A DNA stretch of 64,000 nt, from contig OX597827.1 of assembly GCA_951406725.2 (NCBI GenBank), positions 868,001-932,000 on the forward strand, written 5' to 3'. Each line of letters starts with the position of its first letter. Positions within the stretch are counted from its first letter, which is position 1. Made by a program: the position numbers and the translations under genes. The notes beneath the pieces were generated by a model, which saw only the letters and a list, made by a program, of their open reading frames with translations, ran no database searches and was not told the origin of the DNA. This stretch comes from Octopus vulgaris. Its lineage: Eukaryota. Shown in pieces: positions 38,763-52,385 of this stretch.

Positions 38763-39239
38763 TAAAGTAGGCAGAAAATGGAGAAATATTGATGAACAAC
38801 TATTGACTTACATCAATTATTACTTTTTAATTCAATACAAATAAACTGTATCCCATCTGACAGCTGTTTCTGTTTCCAGTGTTACATGGTATTGCGATTG
38901 AAAAGTTTAAAACTAATATTCACCATATTAGCGACACATAAGCAAAATGGTATGATTTACATATGTTAAGCATTTCATCTTCTTCTAGAGGCTCTTCTTT
39001 TCTTTTCTTTTCTTTTATGTATGTATTTTTCTTCACCCTGATAAAGCTCCATATTTCCAATTCGGATGTATTACCAAATATGATAAATTTTTTTAGCATA
39101 TTAATGGCAACACCATACAACATTGGAAGCAGAAACAGCTGTCAGATGGGATACAGTTTATTTGTATTGAATTAAAAAGTAATAATTGATGTAAGTCAAT
39201 AGTTGTTGATCAATATTTCTCCATTTTCTGTTTACTTTA
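38763..39239. repeat. Outward-facing inverted repeat of Penelope-type pLTR ends
   Basis: Outer 120 bp nearly identical in inverted orientation; each arm has GAAACAGCTGTCAGATG (hammerhead 3' half); right arm has CTGATAA about 95 nt upstream. Confidence 0.8.
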
Positions 39240-39329
39240 AATTCGATTCTTGATAAACTCTTGTTGATCTTTGGCGTTACCTGTAACCTGTAAGCATTAT
39301 ATGCCTGCTTATGTATGTTTTGCGTATGG

Positions 39330-39397
<68 letters not shown>

Positions 39398-39654
39398 AAC
39401 AACAACAACTACTAGTGATGCTGTTGTTAGTGTCGTTGTTGTTCTTAATAACTATATCTAGCTGGAAAACTATTTGACCAAATGGTTTATATGCCGTTCC
39501 GCACCACATTCTTTCGCGTCTTTAGTTTTTGCTTTTCTGGGGTCGGCGAAATAAAGTAGGGTACTGAGTTCGATCGCAAACAATTACATCGCTATCGTCG
39601 TCTTCGTCTTCGTCTTCGTCACCATCATCATCATCATCATCCTCATCCTCATCC

Positions 39655-41250
39655 AGGTATCTTCCCTGTGTGCCAGGAGTCTCCAGTCCCTTCTGAGTTT
39701 TGTTGCATGTATACAATCCTCCAGGTTCTTGTTTCCGGTCCATTATTTGATAATGTCAGTCAAGAAACGTCTTTGATCCCCTCTCATTCTCTTCTTCTTT
39801 CCTCTCTCCCCACCCACTCCCTGTCAGGATGACTCCCGGTGTATCGCACCTCCAAAATTTGATTCTCGACAGTCGGTGTCCTTCAACTTTCAGTATTTCT
39901 AGTTCTGCAGCATTTGTTACCTATTCTTTCCAGTTTATTTTTCCCAATCTGCGAAAGACCCACATCTGAAATACATTTGTCCTTTTTGTTCAACTTTCAG
40001 TTCCGTAGAGGACTTTTGGCAAAATATAACAAGTTAGCCATTATGTTTGATGCAGTGTGATGTCTTTTGAGGTGAAAATTCCTTTCACTTTTATAAATGT
40101 AGTTTTAGTGTTATTTATTTCTTTGAATAACTTCTTCACAGCAATCTTCCTGGTTTATTATTTTTCCTAAATACTTGAATTTTCTTTTTATATTTCTTCA
40201 AGCTTCTGTTCATCTTCCTTTGTATTTGCTTCCGTTTGTTTTGTCTTACCAATAACCATTGTCTTTGTCTTTTTGCATTCATATTCAGGCTTTTCTTGCC
40301 ACTTCGTTCTTTTATAACAATTTCTTGTAATTTCTTATTTTTGTCTGTCAGTAACGCTGTATCATCAGTTTTTCTTGTATTGTCAATGTCCATGCCATTG
40401 ACTGAGAACTCTTTTATCTCGTTTGATTCTGTGAATATATATTCAGTTTATGATTATACACTCAGTGTGTGTTATATTCAGTGTATGTGTGGTTATAATA
40501 TAATCCTTGTCTTACACCGCTTTTGATCTCTGCTAATTTTGACAATTCCTGGTCTATTTTGATGGCTACCTTTTTGGTTTCAATACAACACAAAGGATTC
40601 TGATGGCCTTTCCTTCTAAGCCGGCTTTATCTAAAGAGGAGAAGAGATTTCCCTAGTATACGTGGTCAAATGCCTTCGCATAATCTATGAAGCAAGCAAA
40701 AAGATCTTTTAGTATTGACATTTACTTTTGTGCGGACTCTAGTCGTAGAATATGGCATTGCATGCACCTCTGTTGGCTCTAAATCCAAACAATTCCTCAA
40801 TGACTTCTGCAGTTATTTTGCATTTTTATTCTTTATAATATCGTTGTAAGAAATATTTTAAGAGTATAAGTTATGAAATTGATAGTCCTGAAGTCACTCA
40901 ATGACCTTTGGGTTTTACGGCAGCTGATAAATACCAATGTTTTGAAATCTCCAGGAAGATATCCAGATTCATAGATATCGTTGAAAAGATCTGTTTTTCA
41001 ATGCCGTAATCGTCTGGTACTTCTAACATCTCATATATTATTGGAACATTTACCTTATCTCATCTTTTTGATGAGTTCCATCTCAGACTTTAAAATCTTA
41101 GGTCAGTTAAGTTGGATGGTAAATGCGTTTCGGGTCTCTCATCCTCAAATATCTCTCCTATGTATTTTGACAGTGTTTTCATGATCTCTTTTCAAAAAGC
41201 AGTTTTCCTTCTTCACTTTCAACACATTCCACTTTGAAGATTATTCGTTC
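39655..41250 (-). pseudogene. Old RTE-clade LINE remnant
   Basis: Minus-strand motifs FGFRANRG..NAIF, CFIDYAKAFDHV and TDDTALL (YADD); ends at a (GAT/GAC)n tail near 39650. Confidence 0.75.
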
Positions 41251-41679
41251 ACTCTCTGTCGGTCGGCGAAATAAAAAATCAGTCAGGAACAGGATTCGTT
41301 CTCAAACGACTACATTTTCCCACCTATATGTGGGGGTATGTTCTTATTTCGCAAAACAGTAATTAAAACCGAATAAAAGAATGTGGTACTAAATGCCTTA
41401 CAGAGATTAGTACCGTTGTTTCTAGTCAAAATATCGATAAAGGTCTTTAAAATTCCTTCCTTTTGGGGTCCTAGAGTAGAAAAAAATAACGATGATAATG
41501 ATGATGATGTCGATAATAGTACGACGACAAGAATGATGTTGATGATAGTGACAACAATGACGACGACGTGGGCGAAGATGATGATGATAATAACGACGAC
41601 GATGATGACGATGACGACTATGATGATGATGACAACGATGATGACGATGACGACTATGATGATGATGTTGACGATTATA

Positions 41680-43155
41680 CCAGGTTGGCAGATTCTATCT
41701 CCATATTACATCATTAATTTGATACTTGTCCAATCATTGCTGAATTGTTTATTCTTTATTTTCACATATAAGATAGGAACATAAATTGTTTATCCCTTTT
41801 TTTTATAGCTTTGAGCGGTGAAAAAATTGCAATTCAAGTCTGTGGGAAAAGAGGACTACAAAGGTAGCGGCGAAAACAAAACAAAAAAATTAATGATGTG
41901 GAAGGCCCAGGAACTCGATGAACGTTTGGCACAAAAGTGGTTCGGACGTTTCAAGAAACGTGACATTAGCTTCGAAGACAAACCATGGTTAGGGAGACCT
42001 TCTGTTGTGGAAGTCGGGGCCTTGCTTGAAATAGTTGAACAATGGCCAAGCACAAGCACTCATACATTGTCGGTGGACCTTGGTACTTCACAAAGCATCA
42101 TCCATCGACACCTCTTTAAACCCGGCTTTGTAAACAGACGTTGTCGAGCATCTCTGCATGAATTGACCATTGACCAGGCTCACCGACATGTGAGAATTTT
42201 CAAACAACTGCTGGCAAGTCCTGCTCATGTCCATTTTTGGCGTCGAACTGTAACTGGAGATGAAAAAGGAATCTATTTTCCTAATCTTAATAAGAAAAAT
42301 CAGTGGCTTCGTTCCAGGCAAGCTTTAGAACTTGTGGTGAAACAAGGGCGGTTTGGACAGAAGGTTATGCAGTGTGTTTGGTGGAAACGCTTGCTGCAGA
42401 TGGTTATTCTGCATGACGAGGAGTGGCTGTGTGGTAAGTAGCTTGCTTACCAACCACATGGCTCCGGGTTCAGTCCTACTGCGTGGCACCTTGGGCAAGT
42501 GTCTTCTACTACAGCCTCGGGCTGACCAAAGCATTGTGAGTGAATTTGGTAGACGGAAACTGAAAGAAGCCCGTCGTATATGTGTGTGTGTGTGTTTCCC
42601 CCCCACCATCACCATCGCTTGACAACCGATGTTGATTTGTTCACGTCCCTGTAACATAGCGGTTCGGCAAAAGAGACCGATAGAATAAGTACTAGGCTTA
42701 CAAAGAATAAGGTCCTGGGATCGATTTGTTCGACTAAAGGCGGCGCCCCAGCATGGCCGCAATCAAATGACTGAAATAAGTAAAACAATAAAAGAATATG
42801 ATGCTTTGAAAACCGATTATCTGGCTTTCAAAGCACTCCGACATTATGACAACGTTCCAGCGCACACTGATTACAACCCCCTCCGATCAGATTACAATCC
42901 CCCCATCCTGAGCTATGGTATATTCCCCACACGGATGGAGGTCCAACAAAGTGGATGAGGTTGAAAACGAGTGCTTGGGGGATCATTTTGCCCCTAGAGT
43001 CTAGTGCTATAAGCGTAGAATCGAGCTCTGGCACACTGTGATTGCAACAACAGACAATAGGGCATGATGGGATATATATACGCTGATGAATCCACGCTTT
43101 GCGGATGTAATTAGTTTGAGCTGTTAATGAAAGCTTGAAGAACCTTTCAACCTGG
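41680..43155 (+). mobile_element. Mariner-family transposon interrupted by a SINE
   Basis: TA|CCAGGTTG ... CAACCTGG|TA ends; ORF 41818-42441 QKWFGRFK...EDKP..GRPS...VTGDEK...KVMQCVWW; HYDNVPAH after the SINE. Confidence 0.85.
42419..42797 (+). mobile_element. CORE-type SINE family 3, full length, nested in mariner
   Basis: tRNA-like head TGGCTGTGTGGTAAG...GGTTCAGTCC, CORE-like CACCTTGGGCAAGT, A-rich tail. Confidence 0.9.
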
Positions 43156-43157
43156 TA

Positions 43158-43241
43158 ATGATGACGACGACGACGACGACGATCATGATGACGACGATGA
43201 TTATATGATGATGATGACAACGACGTGGACTATAATGATTG

Positions 43242-43278
<37 letters not shown>

Positions 43279-43547
43279 AATGAGGAGGAGGAGGATTGTG
43301 ATGCTGCTGCTGATGATGATGACACGGCGACGACGACAACAACATGGACTATGATGATTATGTTAACGGCAACGACGATGGCGATGATAATAATAACGAC
43401 AAAACCGATGGCGATTACGGTGACGATGACGATGATGATGATGATGATGATGATGATGACTCGGCGACGACGACAACAACGACATGGACTATGATGATTA
43501 TGTTAACGGCGACGACGACGATGATGATGATGATGATAATGATGATT

Positions 43548-43646
<99 letters not shown>

Positions 43647-43709
43647 ATGATGATGATTATGATGATGATGATGATGATGACGATGATGACGATGATGACG
43701 ATGATGATT

Positions 43710-43741
<32 letters not shown>

Positions 43742-43809
43742 AATGATAATGATTATGATGATGATGACGATGATGATTATGATGATGACGATGATGATGA
43801 TGATGATGT

Positions 43810-43842
<33 letters not shown>

Positions 43843-43879
43843 CGATGATGACGATGACGATGACGATGATGACAATGAC

Positions 43880-43924
<45 letters not shown>

Positions 43925-44062
43925 AATGATAATGATTATGATGATGATGACGATGATGATTATGATGATGACGATGATGATGATGATGATGTTGATGATG
44001 ATGATGATGATTATGATGATGATGACGATGATGACGATGACGATGACGATGATGACAATGAC

Positions 44063-44111
<49 letters not shown>
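43158..44111. repeat. (GAT)n microsatellite array with higher-order duplications
   Basis: About 950 bp of GAT/GAC/TAT units. Confidence 0.95.
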
Positions 44112-44911
44112 TTTATTTCACCTTAGTTTCTTCAGATTGACAAACACTTAACAAATTGTTCCCCGTTTTTGCCACACCATTACAAGCTCGCTCCTTCGAC
44201 GTTATTTGTTAACGATTAGACTAGCTTCTATATCTCACATTTCTATAGCTTCCAAATCAATGGCAAATATGTGCGTGTGTGTGTGCGTGCGTATGTATGT
44301 GTGTGTGTGTGTCTGTGTACAATGGAGTATGGCGATTAGTAAAACATAGATTGGATGTCGACTGGCCAATGAACACATTATTAGAGGCTCGGAAAGTAAA
44401 TTGAAACCTATTAACTCAAATTTGATAACGCTAATGAATATAATAATGATGTCTTACTTTGGCACGATACCACAGATTCCTGGGGGAAGGAGGAGAGCTG
44501 GTGGGGCTCATTTGTATAGAAACTCAACCACTAATGGCCAGAATTTCAATAGTTGTTTATTTTATGGAGCCCTAGGAGAATGAATAGCTACACTGACATC
44601 GACTGGTTTCGAACGATTAACGTACATATATGGATGTAGCAAAATTCCTTAATGTTCTTTTTTCCCGACGTTTTATCAATTCTGTTATTCTTACTGTAAA
44701 CCTATTATAATGAAGCTAATGTAAGTGTCTGCCTGTAACGTCACATAAGTAGCTAAAACGCCGAAAGTTTGATGAATGCAATGAACGAAAGTTTTAGCCT
44801 TTGACTTGATTTGGTCACTTTACAGCAAAATAAAATAAAATATATTCTGTGTGTTTGTCTATTTGTCTCTCCCTCTCTCCGTACATGCGTGCATTTAGCT
44901 ATCTATGCATT

Positions 44912-45090
44912 GCTCGAAATGAAGAGTAGATAGACAGCCGACAACTGATGAAGGGTCCTTTCTCTGTATTTGCTTGTCCTGTTTTCCATTTTTTCTTGAG
45001 GTTTACGTATTTAACTTGCTTGTTTATGTACTTCATGTTTTTTCCACCGTTGGTGACGTCCTGTACCTATATATGCATGTATATATGTAT
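44912..45090 (+). mobile_element. Permuted-hammerhead repeat family (copy 3)
   Basis: GCTCGAAATGAAGAGTAGATAGACAGCCGACAACTGATGAAGGG...GTGACGTCCTGTACCTATATATGC. Confidence 0.55.
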
Positions 45091-45157
45091 TATATTATTT
45101 ACTATTTATATATAGCATAATTAAATCTCAGAATGAGATTGAAACAGTAATCGCTCG

Positions 45158-45501
45158 ATAATGTAAAGTATAGAAGCCATCTTATCATGGCTAACCACAT
45201 TGGGGAGGGGGTGTTACTGTAGCTTTATAGCACCAAGAGATCTTCGTCTCTAGCTGGCTCTAAACACAATATCTGTGTCTTTGGAGTATTTGACGAGGGA
45301 CAACCATCCCGAAACTAGTTCGAGCGTATCACTCAGGCTTGCGAGGAAGGGATGGCATCCCTTTGCAAATACTCCAAAGACACAAATATTGTATTTAGAG
45401 CCAGCTAGAGACGAAGATCTCTTGGGGCTATAAAGCTACAGTAACACCCCCCTCCCCAATGTGGTTAGCCATGATAAGATGGCTTCTATACTTTACATTA
45501 T
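45158..45501. repeat. Long near-perfect inverted repeat (about 150-bp arms, 38-bp spacer)
   Basis: ATAATGTAAAGTATAGAAGCCATCTTATCATGGCTAACCACATTGG... is mirrored by ...CCAATGTGGTTAGCCATGATAAGATGGCTTCTATACTTTACATTAT. Confidence 0.92.
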
Positions 45502-45780
45502 TTATATATAAAATTTCGTCTAATAACGTAATGTTAAAAGTATGTACTGTAAGTGCTTGGTTTAGTTTACTACTAATAACCCGGCTCGTACTGCGATTGA
45601 AACAAAGGCAGTACTGAAGCTGCCTATGAAAGATACCTATAAGTGGTTCAACATTGAGAAGGTATATATATATATATGCGTGTGTGTGCGCGCGTGTGTG
45701 TATGTGTGTGTGCTTGTGTGCGTGCGCGCGTGCGTGCTTACGTATATATAAATATATATATATGCATGTATGTATGGATG

Positions 45781-45816
<36 letters not shown>

Positions 45817-45821
<5 letters not shown>

Positions 45822-46081
45822 TGTTGCTACACATCGCTGGTGACAATGCGCTTCGCATTGTTTTAGCCTTCATTGACGCCACCCCGCTGGCTAAGCGAGC
45901 AGGCCGACAGAAGAAAGAGTGAGAGAAAGTTGTTATGAAAGAGTACAGCAGGGATCAACCCCACCCCCTGTGGGAGCCTCGTGGAGCTTTAGGTGTTTTC
46001 GCTCAATAAACACTCACAACGCCTGGTCTGGGAAACGAAACCGCGAGTTCGCTGCCCTAACCATAGGGCCATTGCACCTCC
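45817..46081 (-). mobile_element. tRNA-derived SINE family 4
   Basis: Minus strand GGAGGTGCAATGGCCCTATGGTTAGGGCAGCG...GGTTTCGTTTCCC; 3' part TGTGTAGCAACATCTGA also seen near 3425-3450. Confidence 0.7.
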
Positions 46082-46089
46082 AATTTGTG

Positions 46090-46165
<76 letters not shown>

Positions 46166-46615
46166 TGTATGTATGTATGTATGTGTATATGTATGCATGC
46201 TTTAAAGTGCTTCTAGCCACCTTAATTATTTTACACACACTTACTAACATATTGCGCGGCTATATATTGTGAGAGTTATAATGTCAGTCCAGGAACCAGT
46301 CCACATGAGTCCAAATACTTGACTGTATGTTGCAAAATTGTCTTTGCCCTTTAGCACGCAGACGGTTGATTTCTGTAGTTATTGTCAGTGTTCTTTCGGT
46401 GATTTAAATATGAGTTTTGACTGTTATTTCCAGCAGATAGACATACCTAGTATGTTCTTTGATTAATTTTAATCCTTCAACCATTTAATGCTTTTTGAGC
46501 CTGCAATCGCCTATATTATTGATTCTGTTATTATCATTTTAAAATTGTTACACTAGATAATAACAGAGTCAATAATATATTCGCAAATACTTTCTCCTGA
46601 ATTATTTGCCCCGTA

Positions 46616-46667
<52 letters not shown>

Positions 46668-46681
46668 CATGTGTGTGTGTG

Positions 46682-46840
<159 letters not shown>

Positions 46841-47750
46841 CGATCGAGGGAGAGAGAATGAGAGCGAGAAGGAGGGAGCGAGAGAAAAAGAGAAAGAGAC
46901 ACAGACACACACACACACACACACCAAACAGACAGACAGGTAGAGAGAGTCTTAATAGCACTCAACTGATTTGAACTTACACTCCGAAATCTTTACCACG
47001 TGGTAAAGAATGGCTATAAGAGAAGTCCAGGTGAGCAGATATGGAGGTATGATACAAATAAACAAATAAAACCGCTTGGGCTAGATATACAAAATATACA
47101 TTCATATATACAAGTAAATAGAGAGAATACAAAGACTGAAATATTCAGATGATGAACACTCATGTATAAATATATAAATATTTATATATTAACAGAGCGA
47201 ATTTACGTAAGTACAAAGACAGAAAAAAGCTAAATGGAGAAGTTATGGTATTACAGGTCCGACAACTGTTTCTGTGAGCTCGGAATTACATCATAATGTT
47301 GGCAGATGTAGTTTGAACAAAGTCAAGGATATGCGTCTGGTAGTGGAAGTATATAAACATTAGGTAAATCCAGCTTCTGGGTGAAGAGATAGGTATCGAA
47401 CCCTCATAGGTACAAAGCAAAGGTCGTAAAGATAGTACTGGGATACTAAAGACAGAGTAAAAAATATGATGCTATCAAAACTAAAGAGTTTCATGAGCCG
47501 TTACTCCGAGTTTTAATTACCCGATGATACTTTGATGATCGACTACGTGAAACTCGAAGTAGTTGTTTGTGAAGTTTTAACTTCTATGAAACCTTATATA
47601 TGTTTAAATATATGGTATTTTTGTGCATGTGTTTAAACACACACACTCACACAGATAGATACACATATATGTATTTATATATTTATACATGTATGTATAT
47701 AAATGATTCCTATATATGTTTATGTGCTAATATATATTAATGTATATATG

Positions 47751-47793
<43 letters not shown>

Positions 47794-48907
47794 ATGAATA
47801 TGGCTATATATAAACAAATACACATAAATCTATGTATGTATTATGTATGTATATATATATATATACATGCACATTAAGTATAAATAAATAGAGGTTTAAA
47901 GTTCTTTATAATCCCCGTATATCGCCAAGCTTACCAACCGCCCTCCGCACCCCCATACCTTCCTCTATCTACCTGAACGACAGTAACCTCTACCTGATAT
48001 GCTAGGTTATCTTATAGTTGACATAATCTTTAAGCCGGCCGCCATTAATTTTGTAGGCTTTTCTTTTTATTTTCTTCTCTTTTCTTCTCTTTTCTCTTCT
48101 CTTTCTGTTTTAATAGCCAGCTTTATAATCTTTCTTAGTTTATCTTCTCTTGTCTTGTAAATTCTTGCTAACATACATTCTGAAAATGTCATTTTTGCAA
48201 GACATTTTCGTTTTAATGATTCGTAGAAATAAAATTCGGATTAGCGTTCCAAAGCTGTTCATCTCAAATAGCAAGAATAAGAGACATTTATTGTTCCTCG
48301 GGCTAAAATTGTTTCTGTTTTTGTTGCTGTTGCTTTTGTTATTGCCTTTGTTGTTGTTTAGCCCCAGGTCAGTCCTGTTTGAAAAATCTTATAACCAAAA
48401 GCATTCCATCCGTGATCAGTCCGCCTTATTTTCAAGCATAATGGGTTGTATCGACTTATCTACGACCATATCAAACATGTCTACTTCATTTGGAAGACGC
48501 GTGATTTGCGCGAGATTTGGCTGCTATTTCTGGCGGATCGTATGTCCACCTAGATGTTGCAACTGCTTATAGCTAACCTCGGGAATGATATTAAATTCTT
48601 CTGACAACTCTACTACATGATGCATTGTCGATAACTTTGTCATAAGTTATCGTAGAAAGGTTACGAAAAGGTTTAATTTAGGTGACTTTTATTTTATGTC
48701 TAAGGGTAACATATGGAGACAAGATGTGGGTTGTAAAGGTTTATACCAACATAAATACACAAACAAAAACGGCTTAAATTAGCTAATGACAGTAATATTG
48801 TTGCCGGTTGTTGTCAATATGTGGGTGGTCAAGGTCTATATCAACACATATATAAGAAAAAAACTGCTTTAAATTACACAATGACAATAATATTGGTGTT
48901 ATCGTCA

Positions 48908-49124
48908 AGATGGTCAGCTGGCAGAATCATTAGTATGCCGAATAAACTGCTTAGCCATATTTCATCCGTCTTTACGCTCTATCTTCCAATTCCACCAAGG
49001 TCGACTTTGCCTTTCATTCCTTTCGAGGTCGATAAAATAAGTACCATTTGAAAACGGGGATCGCTGTAATCGACTTACCTCCTCCTCCGAAATTACCGGC
49101 CTTGTGCCAAAATTTGAAACCAAT
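48908..49124 (+). mobile_element. SINE family 1
   Basis: GCTGGCAGAATCATTAG...GGTCGACTTTGCCTTTCATTCCTTTCGAGGTCGATAAAATAAGTACCA...GGCCTTGTGCCAAAATTTGAAACCAA. Confidence 0.8.
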
Positions 49125-49435
49125 ATTGGTGTCATCCTTATCGTCGTTGATGTTTTTGTTGTTGTAGTTGTTGCTATCAATCTTGAAGTTGGCCTAAAAT
49201 CAAAGTTACAGTCTAGTCACGACAACCCCTTCTCTTAATTCTGATTTTTCTCTTTTTTTTAATTATTTAATATTATATTTTTCATTTTCTCCTCTGGTTA
49301 CTCGGTTTCCATGGTGCATAAGTGGCCGAGATTACATTCTCCCTGAACGGAACGCCAGTCCCTCGCAAGCTTATTCACTTACAGCTGAGTGGACTGGAGC
49401 AACGTAAAATGAAGCGTTTTGCTCAAGAACGTATG

Positions 49436-49612
49436 ACCTGCAATGCCATGTGCCGCTTATCTTGACATAAGGTCACCATATCACGCATATATAGTTGTGA
49501 TGCATGTGTCTGATGTACTCATATCAGACGGGTAGTCATGATGGGCACACTGGGTTTCGTAGATTTGTACAGAAGTGTCACTTTGATGGCGTGTCCTGCT
49601 CTATCACTCAAT
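49436..49612 (+). mobile_element. 3' end of a (TAA)n-tailed element (family C)
   Basis: Matches the reverse complement of 62675-62785 (GGGTAGTCATGATGGG...GTGTCACTTTGATGGC...CACTCAATA); upstream part resembles 29320-29350. Confidence 0.65.
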
Positions 49613-49621
49613 AGCAATAAT

Positions 49622-49828
49622 GCTTTCAAATTTCGGCAGGAAACCAGCAATTTCAGCTGGCTTACGTCGATCACATCGACTCCACTGCTCAAAGGATACT
49701 TATTTTATCGATCCCGAAAGCATGAAAGGCAAAGTCGAGCTCGGCGAAATTTGAACTCAAAACATAAAGAGGGGAAAAGCGCCGCTAAATATCTTGCCCG
49801 GCATGTTAATGATTCTGCGAGGCCACCG
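49622..49828 (-). mobile_element. SINE family 1
   Basis: TTTTATCGATCCCGAAAGCATGAAAGGCAAAGTCGAGCTCGGCGAAATTTGAACTCA. Confidence 0.75.
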
Positions 49829-50287
49829 TCACGCACACACACACACACACACACACACATTGCGTAAACAGTAATTTGTTTGTTTTGCCTATAAATTTTT
49901 CTGAATTTTAAAAGAACAACAAAAAGCAAAAACAAAATGGTAATGCTATTGTCAGGAATGAGGTAGAATCGAATCCCAGAACAGTTTTCGACGCTGTGAT
50001 AATCCCGATAACAAAGAGAAGAACCGCGATTAAATTATGGTAAATGAATCGATTTTACTTATTATTTCACCTTGTAAACTGAAATAACAATGAGAACGTG
50101 AGGAGGGAGTGTGAGGTGACATTGTTAACTGAGTGGTTTGTTTGTTGGTTGGTTGGTTTGGTTAGCTGGTTGGTGGTCAGTTCATTCGTTTCGTTTCGAA
50201 GTGATTCAGTTTGGTCAACTCACTCACAATAATAATAAAGACCACGGCTCGATGCTCCTTTTCTCTTTCTCCCTCCGCTCTCTCCAC

Positions 50288-50322
<35 letters not shown>

Positions 50323-50359
50323 TTCTTTCAGTCTCTCTTTCTCTACTGCAAACAAGAGT

Positions 50360-50440
50360 CGTTGGAGCGTTAGCGCGGGGCGGAGGGCGTGATGCTGATT
50401 TGAAGTGTGGCGGGAGAACCTATTAGTCGGCCATCTTTAA
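50360..50440. promoter_or_regulatory. Possible promoter/enhancer motif cluster
   Basis: GC box GGGGCGGAG (50377), TTTGAA (50399), E2F-like TGGCGGGA (50408) and YY1-like CGGCCATCTT (50428) in a short CpG-containing non-repeat patch. Confidence 0.3.
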
Positions 50441-50465
50441 ATATTATGTCTCTATCTTTCTCTCT

Positions 50466-50502
<37 letters not shown>

Positions 50503-50779
50503 TGCATATATACATATAAGGGCCACTATGTATTTCTCTCCCCACCTCTCTCTCACGATGGCCACTACCACCACCATCTCCACCACTACCAGCACCAACA
50601 CACCCATTACCAAACAACCACCGCTACCACCACAACCATTTCCACCTCTACTACCACCATCAACACAGCCGTTACCACTACAACCGGCACCATTCTAAAG
50701 ACAGCACCAGCAACAAGAGCTGAATCAGCAGCAGCAGCATTATTATTATTACTATTATTATTATTATTATTATTATTAT

Positions 50780-50823
<44 letters not shown>

Positions 50824-50933
50824 ATGATGGTGGTAGTAGTAGTTTGATTATTATTATTAGTGGTGGTTGTGGTGTTGGTGGAGGTGGTGGTAGTGGTAAT
50901 AACAGCGGTGGTGGTAATAATAGTGGTGGTATT

Positions 50934-50988
<55 letters not shown>

Positions 50989-51290
50989 CAGCAGTAGTCA
51001 TTACTGTTGTTTCGTTGTTTAGCGCCATGACTAAAGATAATGCGAGTACTTATAACTAATATCCCCTCTTTCTCATCCTTATCTTCGTTCCTCTTCTTGC
51101 TCCATTCAACCCTTGTCTTTTTGCCCCCTTCTCCTCGCTCCCTCTTAATCTGCTCCTCATCATCCATTTCCCTTCCCCTTTTCCTTCTTCTTCTTCGTAA
51201 TCTCTTCTTTCCTCCCTTTAATATCGACCTTCGCTCACCCTCTTCTCACGATCAGCGCCATATTAGATAAGAGATAGATCGATAGATAGG

Positions 51291-51372
<82 letters not shown>

Positions 51373-52385
51373 AGTGATTGGCTGACAGGCTAGCTACAGA
51401 GGCCGGCTGGTTAGCTAGTTGGCTGGCTGAGTGACCGATTCTTTGTGGAAAACATTCCCAGCAGTCATTAGTGCCGTATCAAGCCGAGCGTGAAGGAAAT
51501 CTCTAGAATCTACAAATTCATTTCATATAATGGACGTTCAGCGATTCATTAAATTTTTCTCTTTACATCTCATCAACTCCACAAATTATCCAATTTTACC
51601 TGTACTGTTTTGTCTTAATTACTATTTCAGTTACAGAGAGCTTTTCTCAGTGATGGCTGTATAGGCTGTGTGTGTGTGTATGTATGTGTGTGTATGTATG
51701 CATATGAGGGTGTCTGGCAGTTATTGTGTATATGTGTTTGTGTTAGTGTGTGAGCGCTTGTGGATCTCTCGTGTGTGTGTGTATGAGAGGAACAATGTTA
51801 GAGTAAATAAATATGGTTAGATTTATGGTGTGAAGGCTCAGGGCTAGGATTGGGAAAGGTTTCAGAATTAGGTTTGGGGTTGATTTTATATTATATCATC
51901 ACCACCACCACCACCACCATATCCTCTTCGTCGTCGTCGTCCTCCTCCTCCTCTTCCTTAACATCATCATCATTTAGCGTCCGTTTTCCCCGCTGGTATG
52001 GGTTGGGTGGTTTGACAGGAGCTGGCAAGCCAGAAGGGTGTATTGTCTGTTTTGGCAGGTTTCTACGGTTTGCTACCCTTCTTAGTGCCAACCACTTTAC
52101 AATGCATGGATGCATGCATGTATGTAGGCATATATATATACATGTGTATGTATATTATATGTGTGTGTATAAGGATAGACATACATATTTACATACGCAC
52201 ACACAGTCATAAACACACACGTGTGTGTATATTGCTGACGTCATAAGAATTTAGAAACTTCGATAACGTGAAATAATTCTTTTTTGGAACGGTGAATCTT
52301 GAAGCAAATAGAGCTCCAAATAATAGCATGTAAATACCGAGTTTAAAACAAACCTCTTAGGATAGAAAAACTAGAAAGCTGCGTT

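Noticed and set aside
43344-44140. Poly-Asp and poly-Met ORFs
   Set aside because: (GAT)n array only
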